In this document: positions 11,408 to 24,284 of the stretch, piece by piece | Layout of the letters: each line of letters begins with the position of its first letter | How positions within the stretch are numbered: the stretch's first letter is position 1 | Source: Octopus sinensis | Taxonomy: Eukaryota | DNA length: 64,000 bases | Assembly: GCF_006345805.1 (NCBI RefSeq) | Contig: NC_043006.1 | Location: forward strand, 3,224,001-3,288,000 | Direction of reading: 5' to 3' | The notes under the pieces: model-generated | What the model saw: only the letters and a program-made list of their open reading frames with translations | Told to the model about the DNA's origin: nothing | The model's database searches: none | Program-made: the position numbers and the translations under genes

Positions 11408-11652
11408 CTAAAGAACAGCAACGTCAATGAAGACGACGACGATGACGACGACAAATGCAACCGTTCAAAACTAATACGAGTCAATTTCCTCGAAGTAGTA
11501 GTATTAGTAGTAGTGTCACTGGTAGTAGTAGTAGTGTCAGTAGTAGTAGTATCAGCAGTAACAGCAGCAGCAGCAGTAGTAGTAATGCTTGTAGTTGTTG
11601 TTAAGGTAATTTTGAACTAGCCTTCAAGTAAAATTTACTTTAACTCTTTCAG

Positions 11653-11800
11653 TGACGATGGCGGAGGTAACAGCTGCTCGCTTGATACTCCCAAAACCCC
11701 CATAAATGTTAGATTATATCGAGATCATGTGATTGAGGCAACTAATCCAAATCCGAAAGGTCTACTTCACTTTCGTGCCCCTCGTACCAATTCTGAATAA
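11653..11800 (+). CDS. Candidate terminal coding exon DDGGGNSCSLDTPKTPINVRLYRDH...RTNSE*
   Basis: Acceptor tttactttaactctttcag|; 48 open codons; disabled paralog at 10860-11135. Confidence 0.35.
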
Positions 11801-12049
11801 CATTTGTAGTGTGGATCGGCTCACCGACATCCTGGCAAATTGCGCTACCATCAAGGAACAATGTTTGTATCATAAGTTGAATAGGATCAGCCAGACTACT
11901 CAGATAATCCTTGGCGTTAACTCCGCCTTGAAAAGTAGTTCATGATATGGCAGCTCTAACCATTACGGAACTATCTGAACGCTTCATGGTAGGGAAGTTT
12001 GAAGGCTTCTTTGAGTCGTTTTCAAACATACACTAGGCCCTAAGTAAGG

Positions 12050-12250
12050 AAAAGAGTGATTTATGATTCATCAGAGAAGATGACATTGTTCCATTGAACA
12101 AGTGACCACTTCCGATAGTGCAGACGCCATTTTTTTCTTTTGCTCAACATAGTTGATGTAAAATGTGAGAGGTTTAACAATCGTAGCCCGGCAATGGTAT
12201 CCAGTATAATGGAACTCATGATGAACGATTTTGGTTGACACAGGATTGAT
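12050..12250 (-). mobile_element. Tc1-like transposase fragment
   Basis: WSLVQWNNVIFSDES motif. Confidence 0.7.
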
Positions 12251-12261
12251 AAGGTGGTTCT

Positions 12262-12480
12262 TTTTTTCATTTGTTTCAGTCATTGGAGTGGGGCCATGCT
12301 GGGGCACCACCTTCAAGGGTTTTTCAAACAAATCGACTTCTGCACTTATTATTTTTGAGTCTGGTACTTATTCTATCGGTCTCTTTCACCGAACGGCTAA
12401 GTTACGAGGACTTTAACAAAGCAACACGTTGTCTAACGAGGAGCGAGGGAGCCACACACTCACACACACATGTTTGTATA
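12262..12480 (-). mobile_element. SINE family A, 3' part
   Basis: Matches the reverse complement of 5400-5590. Confidence 0.8.
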
Positions 12481-12494
12481 TGTATATAGATACA

Positions 12495-13730
12495 CAGGGT
12501 GTGTAATATATTTGAGGACAGATTTATGTTTATAAAAAAAGCATATATAATAACAGATAACTTTATTTATCAAAAATGCTATGAAGATAAAAATAAGCCT
12601 TCTTTTCTAAAATGTTATTCAATAAAGCCACCTTCAGCTTCAACAACTGCTTCTATATGAGATCTAAATCCTCTACATGCTTGAATAATGTAGTCCTGGT
12701 TCATTTTGGACATTAGTCTGAGTATGGCAGCTTTCAAAGAATCTTTGGTGAAATAGGCGTGTTCATTGACCTCTCCCTCAATAACGCCCATGTAATAGGC
12801 CAATGGATTGAGATCTGGGGAATTAGGGGTTATGTGATCGTGAAAATGTTCAACCATCCATTCCTGTGTTACTAGAGCCATGTGTGATAGTGCAGTCTTA
12901 CTGAAACACATATGGCCTTCCATTGCATGCACTATCCAGGGCTTAGCAATTGTTTCCAGGACCTTATTTTAAGCGAGAGATTTAACTCGAAGGCCTTGTG
13001 GAACGAACTAAGGAGGCATACATGTCCTTCATTGCTGACAATCCCTAAAACGATGACAGTTGCAGGAAATTTTGTATGCATAACACTTGGAACTTCAGAA
13101 GGATCTGCACATAACCATCTGTCATTTCTTCTGTTAACATTTTGGTCTTGGACGAAGTTTTTCTCATTTGAGAAAAACCAAATCACATCTTTGCTGGATT
13201 TTCGAGTTTGTTTAAGAGTCTTTTAGATCTGATGTAGTGATTTTCTTTTGCTTTTTCTAATAAATTGACATTTCCTCGTCTTATAAAACTTATATATGAT
13301 GTCTTCGAGGACAACATTTCTGACTGTTCTTTCTGACACATGGAGATCTTCTGCAATTGACCTCACGGACTTTCTTGGATTGTAATCAATGGTCTGTTGA
13401 ACTTGCTGGATAAATTCAAGTGTTCTGATGATTTCCGAGCATTTAGAATGCTTTTTATTCTTTGATACTGGTGATACGTTTCCATCTTCATTCCCTAACT
13501 CCTTACAAACTTTGTAGACGAAACATCTGGCAACTTTTCAAAATTGAGATATTTCCAAATTGCTATGCTCAGGCTTTATAACGTCAACAACAACACGCTT
13601 CTTCATTTCTTGAGTAAGCTGAGGGTCTGCCATTATTATTTTCCGAAACAAGGATTATACAGATGTAGCAAAAAGTGCAGCAATGCCCCCCACCGCCAAA
13701 AAAGGTATGTCCTGAAATACCTTATGCACC

Positions 13731-13733
<3 letters not shown>
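12495..13733 (-). mobile_element. Full-length but frameshifted Tc1/mariner element (maT/DD37D-like)
   Basis: Imperfect ~26-bp TIRs cagggtg..taa..tattt.aggaca; transposase motifs WFFSNEKNF.QDQ.VNRRNDRWL, TKFPATV.VLG.VS.EG, PNSPDLNPL.YY. Confidence 0.9.
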
Positions 13734-13792
<59 letters not shown>

Positions 13793-13809
13793 TATATATA
13801 TATACATAC

Positions 13810-13842
<33 letters not shown>

Positions 13843-13867
13843 CATACATATATACATACATATATAA

Positions 13868-13907
<40 letters not shown>

Positions 13908-13915
13908 GCTTACAT

Positions 13916-13946
<31 letters not shown>

Positions 13947-13948
13947 AA

Positions 13949-14310
13949 GGCGCATGGTTCAGTGGCTAGAGCGTCGAGTTTACGATTGTGAGGTTGTGAG
14001 TTCGATTCCCGGACCGGGTTGCGTGTTGTGTTCTTGAGCAAGACACTTCATTTCACGTTGCTCCAGTTCACTCAGCTGTAGAAATGAGTTGCGACGTCAC
14101 TGATGCGAAGCTGTATCGGCCCCTTTGCCTTTCCCTTGGATAACATCGGTGGCTTGAAGAGGGGAGGCTGGTATGCATGGATGACTACTGGTCTTCCATA
14201 AAAAAGAAACCCTAGGTTGTGCGTTCGCCGGGGAGGCGACTTTTCGCCCAGACTTGCACTCCGGAAGGGAACCTCTTAGATGTACCCATGGTCACTCGTG
14301 ACCGATGGAG
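13949..14310 (+). mobile_element. tRNA-derived SINE family C
   Basis: A box tggttcagtgg, B box gagttcgattcc, cactcagctgtagaaatgagt; matches 59205-59540. Confidence 0.88.
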
Positions 14311-14336
14311 TCGAGTATATCAATATATATATATAC

Positions 14337-14366
<30 letters not shown>

Positions 14367-14367
<1 letters not shown>

Positions 14368-14590
14368 AATTAGAAAAAAACCCACCTTTTATCAATTCAA
14401 AATGAATAATTAAATTACACCATCTAGAAGATTACATATAATATAAATATTAAAATTTCTTAATCTTATAAAAACTTAATCATCGGTATTTTATTGTTAT
14501 TTTATTTTTAATATTTCTATTATATGTAATTTTCTAGATGGTGCAATTTAATTGCTCATTTTGAATTGATAAAAGGTGTTTTTTTTTCTA

Positions 14591-14594
<4 letters not shown>
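14367..14594. mobile_element. Fold-back MITE-like element (~89-bp arms) in (TA)n
   Basis: 14367-14455 is an imperfect inverted repeat of 14506-14594. Confidence 0.8.
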
Positions 14595-14642
<48 letters not shown>

Positions 14643-14729
14643 TTGTGAAATTTGATTTAGTATCTCTAAATTGAATTTTTCCCTGTAAGTTAGGAATAAT
14701 ATTCCCTCAAATAATTATTATATATATAT

Positions 14730-16044
14730 ACAAAATATTAAGGAATGACCCTGAGAAGGTCGTTCGACTCACTTGAAAAGAACAGCTAAAACTCAAAACT
14801 GCAAAAAATAGTAATTCTGAAACTAGAGGAAAATAAAAAACATTTATCCCCTTCAAACTTTGTACCCTGCAAGGTTTCAACATCTTCACGCAATCAAATT
14901 TAATTAAATTAAATTAAATCCGTTTACGCTTGGCTTGTCTCGTCAGCAAAGTCACCAAAATAGGAGGCAGATATATATACACGAGGCTACACCATCTAAG
15001 CCTCGGGTCTATATATCGTAAATTTTCGAATTCACCGTAATCGCGCCATCTACTCCGCAGCAAATATAAGCTGCTGATACAAATTTCAGAATTAGTCAAA
15101 AATTCATTAATCAATCAATATAAGGGTAACAAAAAATTCAAGAAAACTTTTCTGCCACCAGCGGTCAAGTGAGAAAATAGAAATAGTCACAGACTATATG
15201 ATACATTCAACAAAATATTAAGGAATGACCCTGAGAAGGTCGTTCGACTCACTTGAATAGAGCAGCTAAAACTCAAAACCGCAAAAAATAGTAATTCTGA
15301 AACTAGAGGAAAGTAAAAAACATTGCAGGTTACAAAGTTTGAAGGGGATAAATGTTTTTTATTTTCCTCTAGCTTCAGAATTACTATTTTTTGCGGTTTT
15401 GAGTTTTAGCTGCTCTTTTCAAGTGAGTCGAACGACCTTCTCAGGGTCATTCCTTAATATTTTGTTGAATGTATCATATAGTCTGTGACTATTTCTATTT
15501 TCTCACTTGACCGCTGGTGGCAGAAAAGTTTTCTTGAATTTTTTGTTACCCTTATATTGATTGATTAATGAATTTTTGACTAATTCTGAAATTTGTATCA
15601 GCAGCTTATATTTGCTGCGGAGTAGATGGCGCGATTACGGTGAATTCGAAAATTTACGATATATAGACCCGAGGCTTAGATGGTGTAGCCTCGTGTATAT
15701 ATATCTGCCTCCTAGTTTGGTGACTTTGCTGACGAGACAAGCCAAGCGTAAACGGATTTAATATAATTTAATTAAATTTGATTGCGTGAAGATGTTGAAA
15801 CCTTGCAGGGTACAAAGTTTGAAGGGGATAAATGTTTTTTATTTTCCTCTAGTTTCAGAATTACTATTTTTTGCGGTTTTGAGTTTTAGCTGCTCTTTTC
15901 AAGTGAGTCGAACGACCTTCTCAGGGTCATTCCTTAATATTTTGTTGAATGTATCATATAGTCTGTGACTATTTCTATTTTCTCACTCGACCGCTGGTGG
16001 CAGAAAAGTTTTCTTGAATTTTTTGTTACCCTTATATTGATTGA
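14730..16044. repeat. 480-bp tandem unit with an inversion near 15324 (about 1.2 units forward, 1.5 units reverse) in (TA)n
   Basis: 14730 sequence recurs at 15210; mirrored ORFs 14914-15114(-)/15561-15761(+) and 14707-14889(-)/15786-15968(+). Confidence 0.92.
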
Positions 16045-16934
16045 TATATATATATATATATATATATACGCGCGCACGCATATATTCAAAAGAATTTTAA
16101 ATTTTTGAATTAAAACTTTATTGTAAATAACATTCCCATGTTATTACGCATCCACCACCATTCTGTAGAAAACAACATGCTGTCAAAGTATTATCATGCG
16201 CCGCCGCCGACTGAGCGTGCACTTCACTTTGTAAAACAACGCAAGTATAATCTATTGAAGGCTACGATTATGTCTTGATTCACTGGCTGGATTGTCGAGG
16301 TAACAATGAGTAACAACAAGATGCTTCTTTTCCCATCATTACTGATAAGCTGGTGACCACTTATTCGAACAGGTGTGTTGTCTCAATTAATAATGTCTTC
16401 ACACCATGAACAGAAAACTTTTGAAAATATCATCCTGGTATTTGCGTACTGCAGGACTGAAATGCAGGAAAAACCACCCATGAAAACAGGAATGTTATAT
16501 CACGATCTCTTGAAATGATAACAACGCATAGGTAACAGTTGCATTTAATATATCTTTCAAATCTCGTAGTGGTGCCGAATTCTTAACCACTTACTTTTTG
16601 CTAACTCTGTATAAACTTTAAAATGTGCATATTGTTTGCATTCGTGCAACTTAATACCGAAAGATGTCCCTTACTTAACTGGGAACTTGGCGTGGAGGTT
16701 TCAGTTCTGAAAACTTATGAGTTTCGGATTTGCCTCGACCATACATTTTTCCCCCTTTTATGCATATCACAGTGAACCTCTCACACCTATTTAATATGAC
16801 GTCGTTTCTTCTCACATCCTTCAACAAATTATTGCTGACCAATAAAACGCTTGCAGATTCCTACGTCACGAAGCGGGCGACCGACTGAGTCGTTTTGTGG
16901 AGGATAGATTACTGCGCGATTGATCGTTCCGGTC

Positions 16935-17003
16935 CTCTACGTTCTGAGTTCAAATGCCATCTCCATGTTTTCACCTTTCGGGTTCGAGAAATAAAGTACC
17001 ATT
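16935..17003 (+). mobile_element. SINE family B fragment
   Basis: tacgttctgagttcaaat...tttcgggttcgagaaataaagtacca. Confidence 0.6.
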
Positions 17004-17128
17004 TCAATATTAGACTTGATTCTTCTCTTTCTTTCTGTCTTTCTGATCGTCTCTGGAAGAGTTAGGCCGTAGACACACCTAGAGAGGACACCCGGAGAGG
17101 GATGGGCACTAACAGGTCTAAAATACCC

Positions 17129-17545
17129 GGATCTTTTCGATTTGAACGGCAGTTTTTTTAGCGGTGACATATGAAATTGTCACCCATAATTATGACCCTA
17201 GTATCGATCTATTGCATTTCAATCTGTTTTAGGGTTAGGTTTAGGGGTGGGGGGAAGGGTATCTTTTTTTTTCTTCAGAAATGTAAATAAACCTAATCTG
17301 TTTCTTAAATGAGGGACATATTCATACGGCACAGAATGTTTTCACCTCAATAGACGTCATTGATTGGTTGAAATTGCTGAAATTGAAGAAAAAAACAACA
17401 AATATCTTACAAACTATATAATTTTCTCAATAAAGCCAAGAGAAAAAGATGTTTTATAAACACATTCTACCAGTATACGAAGTTTAAAAGAGTTTAGTTA
17501 CGTGGAAATTATTTTTAAAAACTGCCGTTCAAACCGAAAAGATTC
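17129..17545. mobile_element. MITE with ~28-bp TIRs and an 8-bp TSD (Mutator- or hAT-like)
   Basis: ggatcttttcgatttgaacggcagtttt ... aaaactgccgttcaaaccgaaaagattc; TSD aaataccc at 17121-28 and 17546-53. Confidence 0.9.
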
Positions 17546-18051
17546 AAATACCCTTTACTCACCTTATATCACCCCTTATATCACCACGCTGCCTACGGTT
17601 CCCTCAAGTAATTGAAAGTTCAAAGCAAGGCAAAAAAACCACTTAAAATATCGATGAAAATTGCAGGTCAATATAATTGTGTTGCGTATGGAGCTTTTGT
17701 AACAGTGAAACGTTACCGAACATACTAGTCTGCCGTTAGTATTACTCAAAAAATGTTCATAAAATCTTTAGATTTGCGATCTTGCCTAAAATATTACGAT
17801 TGCGTATTTATTAGATTTGAAATTAAATTACAGTCAGATTGTTTCCTGATACTGCAAGAACAGAATTAAATTAAAGGAAACTAGTCTCTGTTGATAGTTT
17901 TTCAACGAATAAATATTTACAAATTCTCACCAGAAAAAGGTAGTGCCTAATAGAAGGGAGGATGAAAGCGAATAAAAAGGAGTAAGTTTTATATAAATAA
18001 CGAGGTAATTATTGACAGAAGCAAAATATATATATAATAATAATAATAATG

Positions 18052-18116
<65 letters not shown>

Positions 18117-19444
18117 AATAAATAAATAAAATAAACAGGAAGAGACGACTGAGTTCGAATAGTAGGCAATTTAAGAGTTTAGTTGGGAAGACTGCTAGAA
18201 AAGAGTATATTTCTAAAGAGGAATGAAAAACTGAATAATAAACAAAATACATTTTGGTGAAATGTCGCTCGCTTACCCGTGCTTCTATCTCCTGTCCCTG
18301 TCCCACCGTCCATTCAGCACTGATACAACGACCTGTGGGGTATGCAATGCTGTCTCACAACAATCACCACACTATTTCATTGCGTGAGTCAGAAAAATGA
18401 GCTTACACTCTGGATCATAATCATTTTACTGAATGCGCTTAGCATCTTTGGTGGATGTGTAACGCTCACCTAACGCACGCAGAGCATATGTCCTTTACAA
18501 TACTGACACTTAAAAGATGACAGCGAATGTTAACACTAACAGTCACTCGCTTTACTTAGATTTGGTCCGGTTTACCCGATATCGTGTTCAACGGAATCTT
18601 GTTTAACCAGGGTTCACTCTACAAATAAAAGAACGCATATTGTTGACAGAGATTGCAAAGCGGTGAAATAGAGACACGAAAACAAGAAAACTGTATTAGT
18701 GATGCTCATAGACAACATACTGTTGACACTGGAATGGTCTCTAAACACGTCAGGTATAACAACTAACAATAATCTGTTATGGTTACTTTGCATGTCCCTT
18801 TCTTTCTTTGCTCAATTAATTGCGACCCTTTACTTCGCATGAATCAAAAGTATCCCCCAATAAAAGATCAATCTTTTGAGGTACTGATGAAATTAGATCG
18901 TTCGAATCCACCTTCTGTTTTTCCTTTCTGGTTAGCCCGTTTGGTGAAGTTGAACTCATCAATTCAAACAAACGAATCACGCGTAAATTTCACGGTGTTC
19001 CTGCCGCTGCTTACATCTGCAGCTTTTATTTATTTAGATGTGTGGATTTATTGACGGTTGGTGGGATTGTGTCTTCCAATGAATGATATCAGAGAAAATT
19101 TCTCACTGTTTACAAATCAACTGTTTTTGAAGTTTGTTCAGTCGGTCGGTCATCCAAAATCACTTTTCAGATGCACTACAAAAGCGAAAATTGTACCAAA
19201 GATGCAGTTTCGTCTTCCGAATCAAATATTTCCCCAACTCGAATATAAAATAAAGATAAGATACACGTTAAAAAGCTTGTTACTCATCTGATATATTGAA
19301 AATCACACACTCACACATACACACACACACATACGCACACACGCACGCACACATTTATAAACAAATGCATAAACAGATACACACTTGCACACACACAAAC
19401 GCAGGCAATACGTATACACCCACAATAAAATAAAAATACATGCA

Positions 19445-19684
19445 CCCTTTTAAAGCCTAGCCAGGTTCATGGGCCCGGTTTCCCGGTTTCAATGGCGTAA
19501 GTGTTCCCCAGCTGGACGGGATGCCAGTCCATCGCAGTGTTACTCATTTTTGCCAGCTGAGTGGAATGGAGCAACGTGAAATGAAGTGTTTTGCTCAAGA
19601 ACACAACGCGTTGCCCGGTCCAGGAATCGAAACCACAATCTTACGATCATAATGCTGACACCCAAACCACTAAGCCACGCGCCT
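19445..19684 (-). mobile_element. tRNA-derived SINE family E with a V-domain-like segment
   Basis: tRNA-like head shared with family D; ctgcgatggactggcatcccgtccag on the minus strand. Confidence 0.8.
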
Positions 19685-20179
19685 CCACATATACCCACAG
19701 CTACTAAGATATTTTTGACTCCGTTACTTTACTAAATGTCCGATTCTTAGCTTATTCCTTATAAGTTCCAAAAGTGCTTGTCAGCGTTAAATCTTGATAG
19801 GTCACCTCATACTTATAAGAACATTCTATTCACTGACCCTTGTAGATCTTTCTTTTCGATAAGTTACACCACATATACAAGCTTATTCTAACTACTGGCA
19901 ACTTGTTGATCTGAATCTTTACTCAAAGTCATCTGTTGTTACTAGAAGGAACTTTCTCTTAAATAGTTAAAACAAATCCAATTTCATTTTAAAGACACTT
20001 GAAGAAACCATTGCTCCCTCATCGCTTTCTATGCCTTACGAACGTGACCCAGTATTCACGAGTTTTCTGAATGTTCCATCTTCAGAAATGCATTCTTTAA
20101 GAACCCCTCTCGTTGATGGTCGTCTATCTAGCAATACACATCAAACTTTATATTATTCCTATATAATTATTTGGATCCC

Positions 20180-20430
20180 CAAAGGTTTACAACCGCAGTC
20201 CACACAACCCTTGGGGGTCCATGTGAGATTTTATTGTTCACATTTATGTGCAATAATTTTTCTATAGTTCCACAATACTCAAAATCAATTTTTTCTTCAT
20301 GCAATTCCAAATAATATGTGATTATAAAACTTTAATCTGACTTTTCAAAACAACAAATGGTAGGAGGGTCCATCAGAAGGAAATAGGAATCAAAGGGGTC
20401 CAAAGGGGAAAGAATGGTTGAGAACCACTG
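20180..20430. mobile_element. hAT/Charlie-like MITE
   Basis: Ends ggttgagaaccactg; similar to 3212-3544. Confidence 0.65.
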
Positions 20431-20504
20431 GTTTCACTGATATCGACATTATTTTTCTGCAAATATTCAGCAAATAGGAGTTTTTAAACCGAGGTTCAAC
20501 TGAT

Positions 20505-20640
20505 ATACTCTCTTACTTGTTTCAGTCATTTTGACTGCAGCCATGCTGGAGCAACGCCTTTAGTCGAGCAAATCGACCCCTGGACTTATTATTTGTAAGC
20601 CTAGTATTTATTCTATCGGTCTCTTTTACCGAACCGCTAA
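20505..20640 (-). mobile_element. SINE family A, 3' part
   Basis: Matches the family A tail. Confidence 0.8.
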
Positions 20641-22595
20641 ATAAATAAAATATTTTATTGCGGGGAAAATATGAAAAATCAACGAAAATGCACATTGTAA
20701 ATAAAAAAAGAAAAGGCTTTTAATGACAGGTAACGACAGATATATACATTTAGATGGACTGAGGTAGTAATAAAAGTCATTATTATGAGATGATTATAAG
20801 ATGATTATAAAGTCAGAAAACAAAGCATACCATGGTTTCCGCAAAGCTATTCATTGCTTTGTATAAACACCGGCTAATAAACGGGGTCAGGTCTAATAGT
20901 TCCTGAGAAAAAAGATTATTTGTAAGGGAGGTAAGTAGTTCTGGATTTAAATATAGAATTGTAATGTGGATGGTGTAGGGAGTGTATAGGGGTTAGTGGT
21001 TTTAATTGAAGGGTTAGTAGTGTTCTGCATTGAGTTGTGTGTTCATATTTAGTTGGGGGAGATATTTATTGATGAAAAATGCCTCTTTATTCAACCTTTG
21101 TTGCATTGTGGTGTTTTGTGAACATTGATAGAAGGGGAAGATTTGGAAATTAGGATTAAGATTCCTGGCACACCTTTCTATGTGTTCACTAAGCTGTAAC
21201 TGTCTGTATTGTGGTTGGCGGATTTGCTCTTTGTGAATGGTAGTTCTTCGACGGAGTGAAATTCCTGTTTGTCTAATATAGCGGTTACCACATCCTATGC
21301 ATGTCATGACACAGATTACATTTGCTGAGGCGCAGGGGAAATTTGGTTTGATCCTAAATATTTCTCCTTGTTTGAAGTGAAACTCTGAACCCTCCAGAAG
21401 GTGGGGGAATGTTCCACAGTTAGGACGACCACATTTTTTTCACTTTTGGCTCTGTTGTTAGTGGATATAGTCCTGCGCTGGTTAATATTCTTTTCAGTGA
21501 CTTCGGTTGCATTTTGCTTTTTATAATTTTATATGAGCTTAAAATTTCGTTCATTGTTTTGTCTGCTGTGAGGATGGGAAGGTTTTGGGTGATGATGTTG
21601 AAGGCTTCGTTGTTTCTAGGGTTATGTGTGGAGATGTACGGGAGTATTTTTAAGTCTTGGTTAGTATTTCGGCTGGTGTGCCTTAACATTTATATATCTA
21701 TTTCCTTAGCTCTTTTGGTGCATTCATTTATTAATGAGATTGGGTAATGTCTTTTAGTTAGTGTTGAGCTAAGTTCAAGGAGTCTTTGTTCACGAGTATA
21801 TGTATCCGAAACTATGGTACAGATTCTTTTCGCTAGATTAAAGGGTATATTAATGTTTATGTGTTTGGGGTGGCAAGAGTTAAATAATAGGTATTGTTTA
21901 GAATCTGTGGGTTTATAAAAGATGTCTGTTTCTAAGTGGTTGTTAACTATTTTAATTAAGATGTCTAGAAAAGGGAGTTGCTTACTGTTGTGTTCCATAG
22001 TAAATTGTATATTGCTATGTATATTGTTAAGCATTATTTTGAAATCAAGGAGTTTATCCATGCTGTCTTTCCAAATTATGAAGCAATCATCCAAATATCT
22101 CTTCCATTTCTCCTTTAAATAGCAATTAAAAGAGGCGCCATATTTTTCTAGTGATGATTGGTATAACTTGAGTTCTAGGTAACTCATTACAAGGTTTGCA
22201 ATCACTGGAGCAGCTCTCGTTCCCATTGCAATTCCACATTTTTGTCGATAGTAAGTTGTATCGAACATGAAATAATTGTTCAGCAGGATGAATTTGAGTG
22301 CTTCAATTATAAAACTGTGGTTAATGCGTCCAGGGATCTCTTCTGGGTATTTTTCTAGCCAGAAAGTGATTGCTTCTACACCAGAGTCGTGTGGGGTATT
22401 GGTGTATAGACTCACCACATCGAAAGACACCAGCAGTGTTCCTTCCTTTACTGTCTTCGGGAGGTGGTTCAGCATGTCTAGGTCATCCTTGATAAAGCTT
22501 TTCACATATTTTTAAAAAGGTTTGAGTAATATGTCGAGGAAGTTGCTCAAACGGTGGGTTTCAACAAGAAGGGCCAGCTATGATGGGTCTCAGTT
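20641..22595 (-). mobile_element. 5'-truncated Penelope-like retroelement (RT plus C-terminal GIY-YIG), frameshifted
   Basis: SFDVVSLYTN, GIAMGTRAAP, WKRYLDD, LPFLD, FYKPTD..QYL; C..C...YI.QTG.SLRRR...H endonuclease; 3' pLTR. Confidence 0.95.
20820..20862 (-). ncRNA. Minimal hammerhead-like motif in the pLTR, A3:U8 core
   Basis: acaaagca-AUGAAUA-gc(ttt)gc-g-GAAAC-catg-GUA-tgctttgt. Confidence 0.65.
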
Positions 22596-22718
22596 TATAT
22601 ATATAGTATATATATATATTATATATATATATTATATATATATATATAATATATATATATAAATACATATATACACATATATATATATGTATACATGTAT
22701 ATATGTATATATATATGT

Positions 22719-22751
<33 letters not shown>

Positions 22752-22790
22752 GTATGTATATATATATATATATATATATATAACATATAT

Positions 22791-22954
22791 ACGACGGGCT
22801 TCTTTTAGTTTCCGTCTACCAAATCCACTCGCAAGGCTTTGGTCGGCCCGAGGCTATAGTAGAAGACACTTGCCAAAGGTGCCACGCAGTGGGAAGGAAC
22901 CCGGAACCATGTAGGTCGTAAGCAAGCTACTTACCACACAGCCACTCCTGCGCC
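22791..22954 (-). mobile_element. SINE family A, 5' half
   Basis: Reverse complement of 5188-5352. Confidence 0.88.
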
Positions 22955-22965
22955 AAACGTCTGAC

Positions 22966-23073
22966 GCTTACAGCACCTAGGTTTCCCAAGCGCTCACCCA
23001 TCTAAGTACTAACTAGGCTCGACGTTGCTCAATTTCGGTGATCGGACGAAAACCGGTGCTTTCAACGTGATAT
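22966..23073 (-). pseudogene. 5S rRNA pseudogene lacking about the first 9 nt
   Basis: Minus strand cacgttgaaagcaccggttttcgtccgatcaccgaaattgagcaacgtcgagcctagttagtacttagatgggtga...tgctgtaagc is metazoan 5S with substitutions. Confidence 0.9.
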
Positions 23074-23589
23074 TATTCATTAAATACTAAGTCTCTAGAT
23101 GAAAGTCAGTTATCTCGGTATAATATTGAAAATTCCGGGATCGAAACTTGGAAATGAAGACCAGCAATCCAAATGCTTGTTCCAGATTTATGCGGTGTGT
23201 ATATACTATATCCCGAGGATAGTTCATCAATTTCCTTACACACATTTCAAATTAATACAAATGCGACTTTGGAGATAATAATGCCTTTTTCGTCACTAGA
23301 AACGAAATGTTGTATCTAGGGAAGGTCATTTCACTTCTTTATTATCCATCAATTCGTTAACTATTTGATCAAAGAACTAATCGATTATTCGATGAATCAA
23401 TCAATCAATTATATTTATCAATGCCCTTTCGTCGCCATCCGCGATCTCTTCAATGACATGCCTTCTCTACTCCAAGTGTTTATACAATAATTGCAAATGA
23501 AAGAGAAATGTTAGATCGATGACATGTTTCACCGATAACTGCTTTCTCCTATATCGTAGTGTTCATACTACTACTACTACTACTACTAT

Positions 23590-23789
23590 TAGCTCAAGGC
23601 CTGAAACTTCGGATGAGTGTTGAGTCGATTATATCGACTCCAGTACTCAACTGGTAAGTATTTTATTGATCCTGAAAGGATAAAAAGATATAGTCGACCT
23701 CAGCAGCACTTGAACTCAGGACGCAAAACCAGACGGAATACCTCTAAACATTTTGTCCGGTGTGCTAACGATTCTGCCAGCTCGCCGCC
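23590..23789 (-). mobile_element. SINE family B
   Basis: Head ggcggcgagctggcagaatcgttagcac. Confidence 0.85.
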
Positions 23790-23832
<43 letters not shown>

Positions 23833-24284
23833 CAACAACAACAAAAAATAACAACAACAACAACAAAAACGACAACAACAACAATAATATTTTTTCTTTC
23901 GCACATTTGCCTGCGATTTTCGTCCTGATCAAGAGCTTGATGACGACCTACCGAAGCTTGATCAGATATTTCCTGCCTGCCATGCGCGACACCTTCACTG
24001 TTAACTGTTCTAGTCTCGTTAGCGCAGTTGTGGTTATTATTTAATTTCGACATCGCTCATTTAGAGGTAGCATTTGTTAGGTTGTGCAATCACCAGTATT
24101 TTCATCGTGACACCATCACTCGGTGGGTTGCTAGCCAAGGCTCCGAGAGTCCACATCTACTCTCGTGTACACTGTTTTTAGTACCATTCTTGTTCAATCC
24201 ATTGTTTCATATCTTTATATTTAACATTTTAACTCCTGAGAATTTTGGTGTTGAGGTGGCACAACCATCGGTGGGGATTTAAAG

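Noticed and set aside
15725-15765. CUGACGA...GUAAAC within the 480-bp unit
   Set aside because: GAAA is interrupted and stems I and II are negligible.
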